This document shows positions 1 through 12,791 of a stretch of DNA of 64,000 nucleotides, one piece after another. The stretch's first letter is position 1. Each line of letters begins with the position of its first letter. The stretch comes from Chrysomallon squamiferum (Eukaryota > Animalia > Mollusca), in the NCBI GenBank assembly GCA_012295275.1, contig CM022667.1, forward strand, positions 2,232,001 through 2,296,000, read 5' to 3'. The notes beneath the pieces were generated by a model. The model did no database searches, was not told the DNA's origin, and saw only the letters and a program-made list of their open reading frames with translations. The position numbers and the translations under genes are program-made.

Positions 1-1522
1 AAAAGCACTTTATTTATTCCAAGACCAAGGTCTATTTCCTTCATGTGTGTCATAATTACAGTTTTTAATTGGTTATATCTTTTCAGTTTAAGTTAAAAAG
101 AATACAACAACAACAAATTAACAAAATTTGGTCAGAGGTCATTCAAAACTTGTACAGGTGAGTCCAAGTATTGCCCAAAAACCAGGCAAAAAACAAATCT
201 GATGTACACACCCTGTACACACACACGCCAACACTCACAACCACAGACAGATAGACAGACACACACACACATACACTGACACATACACTTATATATACAC
301 ATAAAACATTGTGATACCATCAATCTCAGAATCTTCTCTATGGGGTCAAAATTATTCAGATAAAACAACTGATTGCAAACTAACAATTATTATGGATGAA
401 CAAAACAGAAAAATATGATGACAAAGTAATCCTACAGTGTTGAGATAAATGAAACAGAATAGGGGAAAATCAAAACTTCAAAATGAAATAAATAAATCAC
501 ATAAAACATAAAAATATGATTTTGATAAGACATTCTGACATAGACAAACAAAATGTACCAATATCTGATTCAAAAATCATTAAATGTTGGTAAATGAATG
601 CCATTAATCATGTGGTACAGAAAACAAAGTCTGATTTTGATAAAAGAATGTGACAGAAAGGTTGATTATACATGACAGTGTCTTAACGTTCTTGTGGACC
701 TGCTCCTGGATCTCATTAAGGAAATTACTGATGGATTTGCATGTCATTTTGGGTCAGGTTTGTGCTTTCTCAGAGAAACTGACACTAGAATCAATCTTCT
801 AGAGTGGACATTAATACAGGTCTGAGTGAGATTATCGATGTACGAACACAGTAAGAAGAAAATTCATGTAACTATTTGGGTGGTACATATGTTATTATAT
901 TTTAGTATTTTGATTTCCCACCAAAGAGTGTCAATATTTTGACTTTCTTTTATTGTAACTATTATTATTTATTATCAGCTACATTATCAACATTATTATT
1001 ATTGCCAGTATTATTAGGTTTCAGTGAAATAAAAAATAAGTAAATAAATAAAAAAAAATTGATATAAAATTATAAAACCCTTGCTGCATTCCATTTTTAT
1101 CAGTGAATGCAAAGAATCAGTTATGAGCCACATTGCAGTAGGAAGGAGGGTACATATGCTTTAATATATCTTTTAATGAGCACACTGAAACAGAAAAAAG
1201 CTGATTGACAAACCACAGAGTAGATATTCTCAACATGCTTTGGCGACAGCTCTTTTTAGAGTTCTTTTCAGGTTCCACAATCCCCTGTTTAAAAAGGATA
1301 CCCAGAATACAACAGGAACAGACAGAAAATCTCTTACATTTTTCAGCTGTGGCCTCCTGCAAATGTTCCAAATACTCCCAGTATATCTGTGTGCTCCCAT
1401 TGAGAATGACTGTGACAGACAATTAATCATGCAACAAAATGAGCTTTAAGACAACATTCTGACACTGAATCTAATTCTTTCAGGAGAATAAGGAAAAACC
1501 AGAAGGAATGAGAAAGAAAAAG

Positions 1523-1524
<2 letters not shown>

Positions 1525-1570
<46 letters not shown>
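1525..1570. repeat. (GT)n microsatellite
   Basis: Read directly; similar GT/CA runs lie near 11239, 12749, 15625, 23455, 27128, 35048, 47363 and 52483. Confidence 0.95.
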
Positions 1571-1573
<3 letters not shown>

Positions 1574-2967
1574 AAGATTAATGTATATTAACTGAATGAA
1601 AATGTGAACAAATCTGATGACAGAAAAGATGTTAAGAGGTCCTTCAGGGTCTAGTTAAAGACAGATCAGTCTTCACAATCCTGGTAATAACTGGGTCAGC
1701 TGTTATCTTTTTAGCTTTATTTCATGTACCAAAATATAATAAATGCAAATGTTATTTTAACAATATCAGTGATATTGTTTTTCGAAGATATTTTAATTCT
1801 AATCCAAAAGTAATGTATGGAAAATACACCTGAATTACTTCCTGAGAAAATATTAAAATGGTAGCCTTTTGAAAGATTATTTCAGCAGCCTCATAGAAAA
1901 AACTAATGTGATTCCTGTTTTGTTTTTAAACGTGTTATAGAAACGTTGATTTTCTATTATTATAAGGAAAACAATAGTTTATGTTGGTTTTGTTTATCTG
2001 AAACTGAATCTAATAAGTGTAACATATTGTTTTTTTTTAAGATCAGATGTTCCAGCTGTTTTCCAATCCAATACATTTATGTATATTTTTTTTCTTTTCC
2101 TTTTTCATTTTCTTTTATTTCTTTGTTGTTGTTTGTTTTTTTAATGTGTTTTTTTTAACAGAGAATGAAACTACAAAATATCTCCAACTATTTTTCTTTG
2201 TCTTCATTGTTTTTGTTTCATGTTTTTTATTTTATTTTTTTATTTATATATATATTGTTTATTTTTTTTATATTCATTCAACATATTTAAGATATAAATC
2301 TATAATTGCTGTTATAAAAAAACAAAATAATTTTCATTATGCAACCATTGTTTCAAGTAGAAACAGCTCCATTGTTTGAAGCAATAGCAGTGTTCAGAAA
2401 CCATGAAAATCATTGCAGGTTTTTTTTCTTACAATAAATAAACACTTTATTTTTTCTTTTTTTTTATAGAGAAAAAAGAAGGAAGAAAATGTAAATTGAA
2501 AAAACATCAACAACTTAAACCAATTAAGAATTATATTCTTGCTAGTAAGGTCAAGGAGAGAATATTTATTAAGATTATATTAAATTAAAAGGATTGATTT
2601 TTTTGAAGAAAAAAGAATTAAAAAAAAAAAATGTTGTTAACTCAAATAATGAAATCACCACTTTACTCATAGGGTTTTTAGTGATACTATTTTATTTCTG
2701 TTCTTTTTATTAGGTTTTTTTTTTAATTTGTCATGACATTTAGTGTATAAGATATATTTTAACAGTAGTAAAATTTAAAAACTGAAACCTAAATATTTAA
2801 TTGTCTTTGATTTTTCATTGATATTTTCATTTAATATAAACTAATATATATTTTTTTTACTAATATTAGCTATTGCCAATAACCAATAAAGTAACATACA
2901 GCATTTCATTATTATATGGTTGTTAATTATTAATTTATTATGTACTTTACCATTATTGCAAGGATTT

Positions 2968-3036
2968 ATCATCATCATCATCATCATCATCATTCTCATT
3001 CTTCTTCTTCTTCTTCTTCTTCTTCTTCTTCTTCTT

Positions 3037-3108
<72 letters not shown>

Positions 3109-3136
3109 TTATAATATATATATATATATATATATA
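2968..3136. repeat. Compound microsatellite (ATC)n(TTC)n(TTA)n(TA)n
   Basis: Read directly from sequence. Confidence 0.95.
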
Positions 3137-3637
3137 AATTAGTTGGGTTTTGATGAGTTTTTTGTGATGTCAAGTATTTCCAGTGATACACTAAGAACAG
3201 ATTTCTTACAATGTAGCAGTATGTAAATGAAGTGTCATACACATTTGATTTCAGTGGTGGAAGGAATGTCCACTGTTCCAGCCATTATGTGCATTTTATC
3301 TGAATGGTACAGAAATGACATTTGATGTAGTATTTCTTGCTGTGTCAGTTAGCTGGTAATCACCAACTTTTCAGATGAGTCTATTCAATAATTTGTTATT
3401 TCTTGGTATTAATGAGAAACCAGAAAATCTGGGTAACAAATTACTTTAGTCTTGTTAGCACTTTTGTTGATCTCTAAATGAACCCTGACTATTATGGCAC
3501 TCATTTTTATTTATTTTTTTTTATTTATTTATTTTTTTATTTAATGCCTGTAAATTGTTGTTGGAAACATCATCATTACTGTGATAATTATTGCCTTATT
3601 TTAATTTTAATTTTAATTTTTCTTTTCTTTCCACTTG

Positions 3638-3668
<31 letters not shown>

Positions 3669-4289
3669 TTTTTAATTCACATTTATTTTATTTTATTTTA
3701 TATTGCTTTATTATTATTTTTTATATATGCATGTGTGTGTGTGTGTGTTTTTTTTTCTCTCTCTCTCTCATATTCAATTCCTCTGAAAAATATTGCTGTT
3801 CAATCATATCTTTTCCATCATGAAAAATTACATAGACAACTGATGTGGTGAAGACAAAATATAAATGATTAACAATAAATAACTGAATTTTTTATTCTAT
3901 GAAGCATTTCATTAAAAGTTACATGTGTTTGTTTTGTTTTGGTTGTTATTTTGTTGTTGTTGTTTGTGGGGGTATTTCTTTTCTTCAATAATTGATTTTT
4001 GTTTTACTCTCTTTTATGAATTCATTCAATAGAAACAATGGACAGCAGTTTATAAAAGACAGGATTGTTGTTTTTTTTTCTTGGCTGAAACTAATCTGGA
4101 AACACAGATAACAAAGAAAATGTTGACATTGACAGTGGTGGGTCTACATTGTATTTTATAAACTGCTCTCTGTTTTTCTCTCATTTTGGTTTTCAGTCTT
4201 TTTCTTCTTTTTTTCTTAAAAATAACAATTAAAATCATATTAATTGGCAGGGCATACCGAGCATATTAACAAGATTGATTGTTCCAACC

Positions 4290-4362
4290 ACACTGACCAT
4301 ACTGACCACCAATGACCACTGCTGACTACACAAAATACTGACCATACTAACCATACTGACTG
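4290..4362. repeat. Degenerate ~10-bp repeat (ACTGACCAT-like)
   Basis: cactgaccat/actgaccacc/aatgaccact/gctgactac/actgaccat/actaaccat/actgac. Confidence 0.7.
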
Positions 4363-7300
4363 CATAACCCTGTTGATTGCAATGTTTATTTCTTCACATT
4401 TATAATATGGTGGTGGTTTGTGGTTTTTGTTTCCTTTTTATTTATTAATGTTTTTTTTTTTTTTTTATTCTTTTTTCTTTTTTATTTTATTAAACTCACT
4501 TATGGTTGTTATTATTCTTTTAGAAACAAACAAAAACAAAGTTAAAGAGATTTTGTCAAATGGTTCAAGAAACAGTGATGGGCAGCACAACAGTTTCCAA
4601 ACTTAACTGAAAATATTTCATTTGACATGTCTTCATAACATTAAAACTAACAGCTAACAATTAGGGTGCAGGCAAACAAACAAAAAACCTGTATGATATT
4701 AAAAATACAAATCCTTCAGAATTGCTCAGGGAAAAAGAAAGAAAAAAAAGAAAGCATTCAGGATTATTAATCAGTTTTTCATTAAAAACTCTGCCAAAGT
4801 TCAGCATGGTCTTTTGAAACTGCAGGTTGTCATGGCATGTGCTGACCATTTCTAGATGATTTTCTCTTCAAAGTCATGTTGCAGTGAACAATGATATTAA
4901 TAAATTTGAATCTGGTAAAGGATACTTGAAGATTGCATTTCTTGAGAGACATAATTCTTGACTCCTGTTTCAGGAATTGGTTAGCTGGACACAGCAGTTA
5001 TAATTTGATCAGTTACATTAAAAAGTTGATTCCAAGAAGATTTGTAGATGTTTTTAATTTTAATATAGTCTTGTCTATTTATTTATTTATTTATTTATTT
5101 TTATAACTTTATTTTATTTTATTATACTTACTTATTTTGGACAGTTTTTAGATTTTTGTTAAACGGAAAACACAAATAATATGACCTTTAAAATGAAAAC
5201 ACTTTCAAAATAGCTGATAAATCAAAATGTTTATAACCAGCATCTAGCAGTTCAAGCTTATCATTTTAACTGATTTGCACAAAAGAAGTTCATGACATTT
5301 GTATAAAAAAATATTGCACATTTAGTTATTTTATGTGTGCTGAATTTAGTTTTGTACTGCAAAAAATTCCATCAGGAAATTAAACATCTGTGAAACTACA
5401 AACATTTAAAAATGGTTAAGCTCTTGCAGGAACCAGTCATGGTGATTTCTATGAATCTTTTCAGTATCAAATACATGTATTTGATGTGGATGTGCATGTA
5501 TGCGTGTGTGTGTGTGTTTTCAAAAACTCTGTACTATTTAAAATAGTTTAGACTTTGAAGTTTTATTCATTTCTAGTCCACAGATAATGTTTTAGCAGTA
5601 CCCTGATATTACATATTGTTCTTGTTTTGTTTGCTCTACAGACAAATATTTGTTTTAAAGTATCTGTCGCAATACAAATAAATATATTTAATTTTTGATT
5701 CCTATTTCAGGAGTTTGTTAGCTGACACAGCATATTTTACAATATTTTTTTTTTTTTTTACAAAACATGGATTTATGGGGTCCTCAGGTGCATGACAAGG
5801 CTGTAGTTATAATTGCTTTATTCTGTAATAATAAAAAGCTGTAGCAGATTCTCTACTATGTATGAAATAGTGTCACTGCAACAGAAAAAATGGCTGCATC
5901 TAGATATTTTTGAACTGTATACTGTTATACTTTGTTATTAACAGATTAGACAGCAAAATAAATAAATATATATATATATATATCTACACACACACACATA
6001 CATATAATTTTAAAATGTGCAATGTATCTTAAATTTTTATAACCTAAAGTACACTTGTTATGAAATGTTATGTAAAATAGATTACGTAGATTTATTTTAA
6101 AATTAAAATGATAACATTTCTGCTTAAATCATATTTCCTATAAGAAAAATACCACAAGAAAATTGTATTAGCTAATTTGAACTAATGTAACTGGGATGGG
6201 AAAATAATTTACCTAATGAATTAATACAAAGTCACTCAAGAAGCCACATAACAACTAACAGTAATCAATAGGTAACTGCATTTTTGCCAATAATGGTTAT
6301 TGGGCAGGATTTAATTATTTTTGTAAAGTGGTTTTCTTAAATAAATAAAGTGTATTGATATTGAATATTTGATAGAAAGTGTGTTTTTTGTATCTATGAA
6401 GTTGCAAAATGGGAAGTTAATTATTTCTGACATTTGAAATATTGAACAGAAATAATATTGAAAAAAGTCACATAGCTTGTTAGAATCACACGCTGTAATC
6501 ATGCAGTTCTGTGACATATATTGAAATAAATTTTGTTCAATAATCTGTCTTTTTTATATATTATTTTTTTCTGTTTTTGGTTCCCTTTCTTTATTACTTT
6601 GTAATTTTTTTAATGGAAAGGATACTTTTTTAATTCAAATCTCTGCACTTTAAATCTGCAATAAATTCTATGAACTAAATGTTAAAAAAAACAAAAACAA
6701 ATTGCTCAGTTACCCTCGTTAATTTTTATTTTTCATTTTAAAATTTGGAACAGTTTATTAGTTCATTTATCAGAAGAAACAGTACAGTTATTTGTTTAGG
6801 ATCTGTAAACCAGTAGAAAAGTAAGTTTAGTAAATTTTACTTTTTTCTCATTTTGTTTTTCCCTCATTCCATTCTCTTTCATTTTAAACACTGTGTACAG
6901 TTCATTGCTGAAAGCAGTACCTGATTTATGTGAATATTGTTGTATAATTCTGTAATACTGTTACCTGTATAAAAATACATTTGGTAAAGTTCAGTAATCT
7001 TTTCTTTCTTTCTGAAAATTAACTGTTTATTAGTGAAAAGTTAGTTAATTTATTACAAGCATACAGTATAATTCTAAATAATATATTACTTATTTGCAAA
7101 GAGACCTTAGAGGGGTTTTTTTGTTGTTTTTTCATTTTTTACTTTTCGGATTTTAAGATATTTACTGGCTAAAGGATTAGTTTATCGGAATCATGCAGCA
7201 GAATCTATAATTGCATGAACTTGTACAAGTCTCCTTACCTTTGATTTTTTTTCTAACATCCATTTTTTCTTTTACTTTTTTGTATTTTTAACCTTTAGGA

Positions 7301-8322
7301 AGAAAACCTGTGTGACAAAAAAAATGAAAGATTGAGAAAATAACAAATTTCTTTACCATGCATGAACTTTTAAAACTGTTAAAAAGTTAGTTCCAAGGAA
7401 AAAAATAACTTTTTATTAATTTTTTTTTTTTTTTTTTTTGTTCATAAAGATTTTCGTTTTTTTATTATTATTATTATAATTTTCTTTATTATTATATTTA
7501 TTTCTGATAATGAGATAACTCCTTGCAACTTGGAGGTTATTTTTATATATTTTGTTATTATAATTGCTTTTTCTTATTTTTTTTATTTTATTTTATAATA
7601 TTTTTTTAATATTGTACTATGTCGTACTTTCATTTACCTAGGATCAACATATGTAAAAACTGTGCTATAAAAGTTAGCACCATTCATCTATTTTATTCAT
7701 TACAATCTTTTGACTAATTCATATTTGTTCTTAATGACGAAGAAGTGAATTAATAGCAATGTAAGAATGCAGACAGACTATTTAATATCACACTGTCTAT
7801 TTTATATTTCATACTGATGATTAATTGTTAATTAAAAACTGGTAAAATGTCATACACACTGATTTATATAGTTTATTATGGAAGTAACTGATTTATGCAT
7901 GCACTGAACAAACATTATTTTCAGGGTCATGCAAATTTCAGATTTCTGTTTTCGTGGTTGGTACTGTTTGACATAAAAACATTAAATTTATAGGTGGCAA
8001 TAAACATTTAATCCTCAGGATCTTATTTTTATTATTGACATCTCGTATCATTTAGATGCATGATCATTTTTCATATTGCTTTTTTTATTTTCTATTTTTT
8101 ATTTTTTTTAATAGTAAACTATACCAAACAATCACAAATCATATACTTACTAAAAAATATTCTGTTTAGTACTACTATTTATTGTTATCACAAAACATAT
8201 ATTTCATAAATTTATACTTTTTTCTTTTATCGTCTTTTAAACAGAGAATTGAAATTTACCTTTTTGAATGTTTTAAAATATTTTTCAATATATCAACAAC
8301 ATACACACACACATACATATGC

Positions 8323-8326
8323 AGAG

Positions 8327-8388
<62 letters not shown>
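8323..8388. repeat. (GA)n microsatellite
   Basis: Read directly. Confidence 0.95.
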
Positions 8389-8390
<2 letters not shown>

Positions 8391-9230
8391 ATTTTTATTT
8401 GAAAAGGGTTGAAGGAAAGAAAAAGATGTTTCAGAGGATAAACATGTACAAGCACATACAGAGATAAAGAAAGAAATGCAGACACTGTAAAACTTATTCA
8501 GTTATTTTTTACTCTAACCAGAGTTATAGTCTTGAGTTTTAACTAAATATTCTTATATTAAAAAAAACAAAGTTTTATCATTTCATAACAAAAGATCATT
8601 TATATAAAAAAGAAGAAAAAATTAAAAACAAAGGAGCACGTATATTTATAATAATAGTTTCAAACCAAAAGATTTTTTAAAGTTGTAACAAAAATCTGGT
8701 ACCAAGTGAATTTTTTTTCTCTTTATATATAATATTACCAACTCAAATGTTTAGAAAATAATTGCCATTTTGATTAAAAAAAGAAAAAGTAACCACCATT
8801 TCTTATAACAAACATTTATATAATAACTCTACAATCAGCATATACAAATTCTGTGATTCTACTATATTCATATAAGTTAAATTCACTTAAAACAGCAACT
8901 ACATTATCATTTATGTTTTTTTTAAAGAAAGTAATTTAAAAATTGAATACTTTCAGCAAGTGTTTAACACACAAAAAAGACATTTTAAAAATCAATAGAA
9001 TATCAATATTTATTTAACAGAATAACATTCTTAAATAACATTCTTAATTAGTTAAGAGGAAAAAAAAAACAATATGATATAATGATTTAAATTAAATGGC
9101 TTCATTCAACAGTTGTTAGTTAAATTAGTTATATGTATATATATATATACACACACACAATGTGGTTGCATAAATCACAAATCTGAATATTAAATATTTA
9201 AAAACAAAAACAAAATAATAGAAACAGTGT

Positions 9231-10380
9231 TCACAGAGTTGTTGTACAAGCCGTACCATTGCCATCATTGCATGCCTCATACTCAACATGAATCCGAGTG
9301 GAATCACTGCTACCCTGTGGATTATTCCTCATCTCATAAACCTTGGGACGGCGTTTCATGGATAAATCAGTGAACAACTGTTTGAATTCACACCTGAATG
9401 ATCTACAACAACACAACAACAGGTATCCAAGAATAGCAGGACTTGCTCCTGATAAGAAATCGGTCACTTTCTTTGTCAATTCGATCTGCGCTAGAAGTTT
9501 TGGACTGAGCCACGAACTTGGAGCGTGAATGTGTAAAAGATTGAGAATTGTTGTAGGCACAGTGAGGATGAAGTAACTGCTTGAAACAATTAAAGTGATG
9601 ATGATGAAATTGTCATTGCCATCTTGATGTTCCACATTTTCAGGTCTGCGGTGCCGTTTCAGGCACAGTGAAACTGACAGCAAGATGTTGAGAATAAACA
9701 AAAGCAGTAACGGTAGATAGATGTAGAAGGTGGCAGACATCCACGGCCATATACGAATATGTAGATCATTCAGGTAATATGGTATAAAACATCCCTGTGG
9801 CTGTAACTGAAATGTCCACATTGCATGGACACTAATCACAACTAGCCCTATCATAATGAAAATGACCGTCAGTTTAGCAGTGAATACTGTACACACTGTT
9901 AAGGCATGTTTAGGATAGCACAGCTGTATGTACTGGTCAGTGGTCATTGCCACTACAAACCAGATGCCACTGTACACCATTACATTTGACAGAAACATCC
10001 AGAGACCACACCAAACATCACTCAAAGTTGCTACATATGGCTTCTGTAGCACATAGCACAACCAGCTAAGACCAAACACCAAGTTAAGAGCTAGAAGGTT
10101 GGAAATTGCATATCCACACATGTAGAAACATGCAGAGTGTCGCCGAAAGTTCTTTCTTCGCAGTACCAACAGCGCCAGCAAGTTTGCTAAAGTTTCCAAC
10201 AATGATGAGAACAGGAGTTAAGTATTTGTGAAGTTGCTCCGACATCCTGTACTCTGGCTCTGCTATAAGCAGTGACTCCAAGCTTGAGTTCAGTCCCCAC
10301 AGTGGATCAATAAGTCTGTTGGGCTCTATGTTGAAAACCTCTGCTTGGTTGGTTGTTGCATTTCCAATATCTGATGCCAT
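9231..10380 (-). CDS. Class A (rhodopsin-like) 7TM GPCR of invertebrate peptide-receptor-like type, intronless CDS, about 382 aa if a 1-bp insertion at 10193-10195 is removed (frameshifted as assembled: error, null allele or pseudogene)
   Basis: ATG at 10380 has a strong context (ATAATGG) and gives MASDIGNATT...NSS...YLTPVLIIVG with two N-glycosylation sequons. The overlapping frame 9231-10202 continues TLANLLALLVLRRK, SACFYMCGYAISNLL (TM2), WC...WFVVAMTTDQYIQLCYP (TM3), TM4-TM6 hydrophobic stretches (YLPLLLLFILN, ILTVP) and helix 8 SFRCEFKQL. Deleting one A from GGAAACT joins the two frames. Confidence 0.88.
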
Positions 10381-10400
10381 TATTGTAGCATGACCATCAT
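10380..10400 (-). promoter_or_regulatory. Upstream ORF MMVMLQ* whose stop overlaps the GPCR start codon (TAATG)
   Basis: Minus strand reads ATG ATG GTC ATG CTA CAA TAA, and the last A of TAA is the A of the GPCR ATG. Function is inferred only. Confidence 0.5.
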
Positions 10401-10556
10401 TGGCCAGGAGTTTGCACTGATTCAAAAGCTAAGACTAACAAACAGTAGTGTTCAAATGAACAGCTTTTGTTGCATTCAGACAATTGCACATTGTCGTGTC
10501 ATATCTTATATCCTGTTATGTTCACACGTGTTAGATACTTGAGGAGTGATGATAAC

Positions 10557-11236
10557 CTATCAGTGACAACAACATAAAGTAATTATATTGCTTTCAGTTT
10601 CATTTCCTCATGAACTTCTCTGTGCATAAGGTTGTTTCCTTACTTAACAAATCCCAAGATGGTATGGTGAATCAGAAAATTGCTTTTTGGTGTGATTATC
10701 TGATTGCTTATACAGCATTAAATGACAAAATGATGTCCTATATTTAATTTATTATTATTTGTATTATTATTATTATTATTACTATCTCTCTTTTTTCTTT
10801 TATAAAACTTTTTGTTAGTAGCCTTTCTGATTACATTAGTATGTTTTCTTCTCTTTTTTTTTTAAGAAAAAATTATTTTTGATTTCATATCATCAGTTAC
10901 TGGAAACATTTCTCATTAAATCTGCAATAATGATTCTGGTTTTTACACTGGTATCAGTATTTAAACTGTTATTGGCTTGAGATGATCTGCTTCTGTCAGA
11001 CTATTCATTCCACACACTCAGCAGGGATTTTCTTTAAGGACTTGTACTTTGTTAGTGCTTGTTTCATCTCCAATAGCTTTTTTTTTCTGTCATATCTTTG
11101 TTGAGCAGTATTCTGGTTTATCATTCAGCACTTCATCTGAAGAAATAAAATCAGAAATTTTATATTTATTGAATTTTGCATTGAGAAGAGATAATAATAA
11201 CAATAATGGTTCAAGTAAAATCAGTACAAAAATTCA

Positions 11237-11291
<55 letters not shown>

Positions 11292-11667
11292 TGTGTGATG
11301 AAAAGACAATAAACAAGATCATGAAAAATGCTAATTTTGTTATAAGAAATATAATTTAAATACAAAGAGAGAAAAATCTAAATCATAACCCACTAAAACA
11401 TTCAGTAATTCAGTCTAACTATTATTTCTCATTTTAATAATAATAAATGAATCCTTAAAACAGTATTTGTACTACTTCAGAAAGTGTATATTAGCAAATG
11501 TTGGTTTCTTTTATATTATTATTTATTTATTTATTTATTTATTATTATTTTTATTTTTATTTGTTATTGTTGATTGTGATATGTTTTTTTTTGTTTGTTT
11601 GCTTTTTTAATATACAAAACAACAAAAGATCTTAGTCTTTCTAATACGAGAGAAACTTTGAACTTAC
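10557..11667 (-). other. Candidate 5'UTR intron of the nested GPCR
   Basis: Perfect minus-strand donor CAG|GTAAGT at 11670-11662 and a plausible acceptor (tttatgttgttgtcactgatag|) ending at 10557, about 176 nt upstream of the ATG. No transcript evidence. Confidence 0.35.
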
Positions 11668-12745
11668 CTGTAAAGCTTGCTAACAGTGAGTTAAAACACA
11701 ACAGTATGAATTACAGTACATCTGTTACAATATGACAACAGTGAATTAGCTCTAATATGTTTATATGACAACAGTGAATAAACACTAATATATTAACTTT
11801 ATTAACAATGAACTGATTGTTTTCATGTCTCATCATATCCTTTGCTTGTTAGGTTTTTGTTGTTTTGGGGCTTTGTCCCCAACACATTAAGCAAAGAGAT
11901 AATTAGCCATTTTCTTTTCCTTTAACAACTCTGGCCAGGCATAAACATATTCATATAGACAGACTTAATTTTATTTCTAACAGCAGTCAGTGCACTTTAC
12001 TGTGGGCATAGTTTTGTTAAATTTAATGTACACCCATGTAGAAGAGGTTTTCATTGATTTGTAACATGCAAGTTAACTGTTACAAACTACTGAAGCAAAA
12101 TCTCACCACACTTTTCATTCTGATAACATGTCTTGGCCTCATTGGTTGCATTTACTAATTACTAATTTAGTAACTAAGCATAACAGAACAGCATTTCAAG
12201 TGCCAAACGAAGACATACACTAGAAAAATAATCAAACGTTACCACAGTGGTGTGATTTAACAACATGGACATTGCTGATAGGCAGTCTCTTTGAACATAT
12301 AATAGCTAAGAAGTGTTATGATGTTTCATTAGGGCTTTGATAGGTTTAGTTTATTTATTAATTTTATCAAAATCTCTTATATTGTTTTAATTTAGATATA
12401 GGTTAAACAGCAGTAAACTAAAATCATGCTGTGTATTACATACATTGTGGCATTTTCACTAACTCTGTATCTATGGTTGTGCTCCATTCTTAATAGAATT
12501 GAGCCAATCCCTGTAATTTTACTTGTACTAAATTACCAGGCCTGAAGACAGAAGAGGTAAATTTGGAGTTGTTATATTTGATGTATTAGCAAAATCATGT
12601 GGCGGTCTTCTGGTACGACATAATTATTTTCAAGACATCTCCATCAAATGCTGTAATTTGATAGAGTTGCATTCAGTACCTACTTGATGTTACTAACTAT
12701 GGAACAGTTTTGACAGCGAAAATAATGTTAGAACTCTTACAACAT

Positions 12746-12791
<46 letters not shown>

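Noticed and set aside
88-163. Possible upstream DDX1 exon ending ACAG|gtgagt
   Set aside because: Phase fits, but the translation (KLTKFGQRSFKTCT) does not resemble the expected DDX1 segment.
1117-1449. Cluster of overlapping short ORFs in slightly GC-richer DNA
   Set aside because: No recognisable domain in any frame and no consistent splice signals.
2841-3242. ORFs with poly-I/R/M/H/S/Y/L tracts, and similar ERER, VCVC, HTHT and poly-F ORFs elsewhere
   Set aside because: They are translations of microsatellites and homopolymer runs, with no domain signal or splice context.
10188-10253. Small intron to bypass the GPCR frameshift using the TTTAG acceptor
   Set aside because: Nearby GT options give introns that are too short or would delete the first half of TM1; a 1-bp indel explains it more simply.
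10381-10425. N-terminal extension from the TTG start in the ORF track
   Set aside because: Non-ATG start in a eukaryote; the ATG at 10380 has a strong context.
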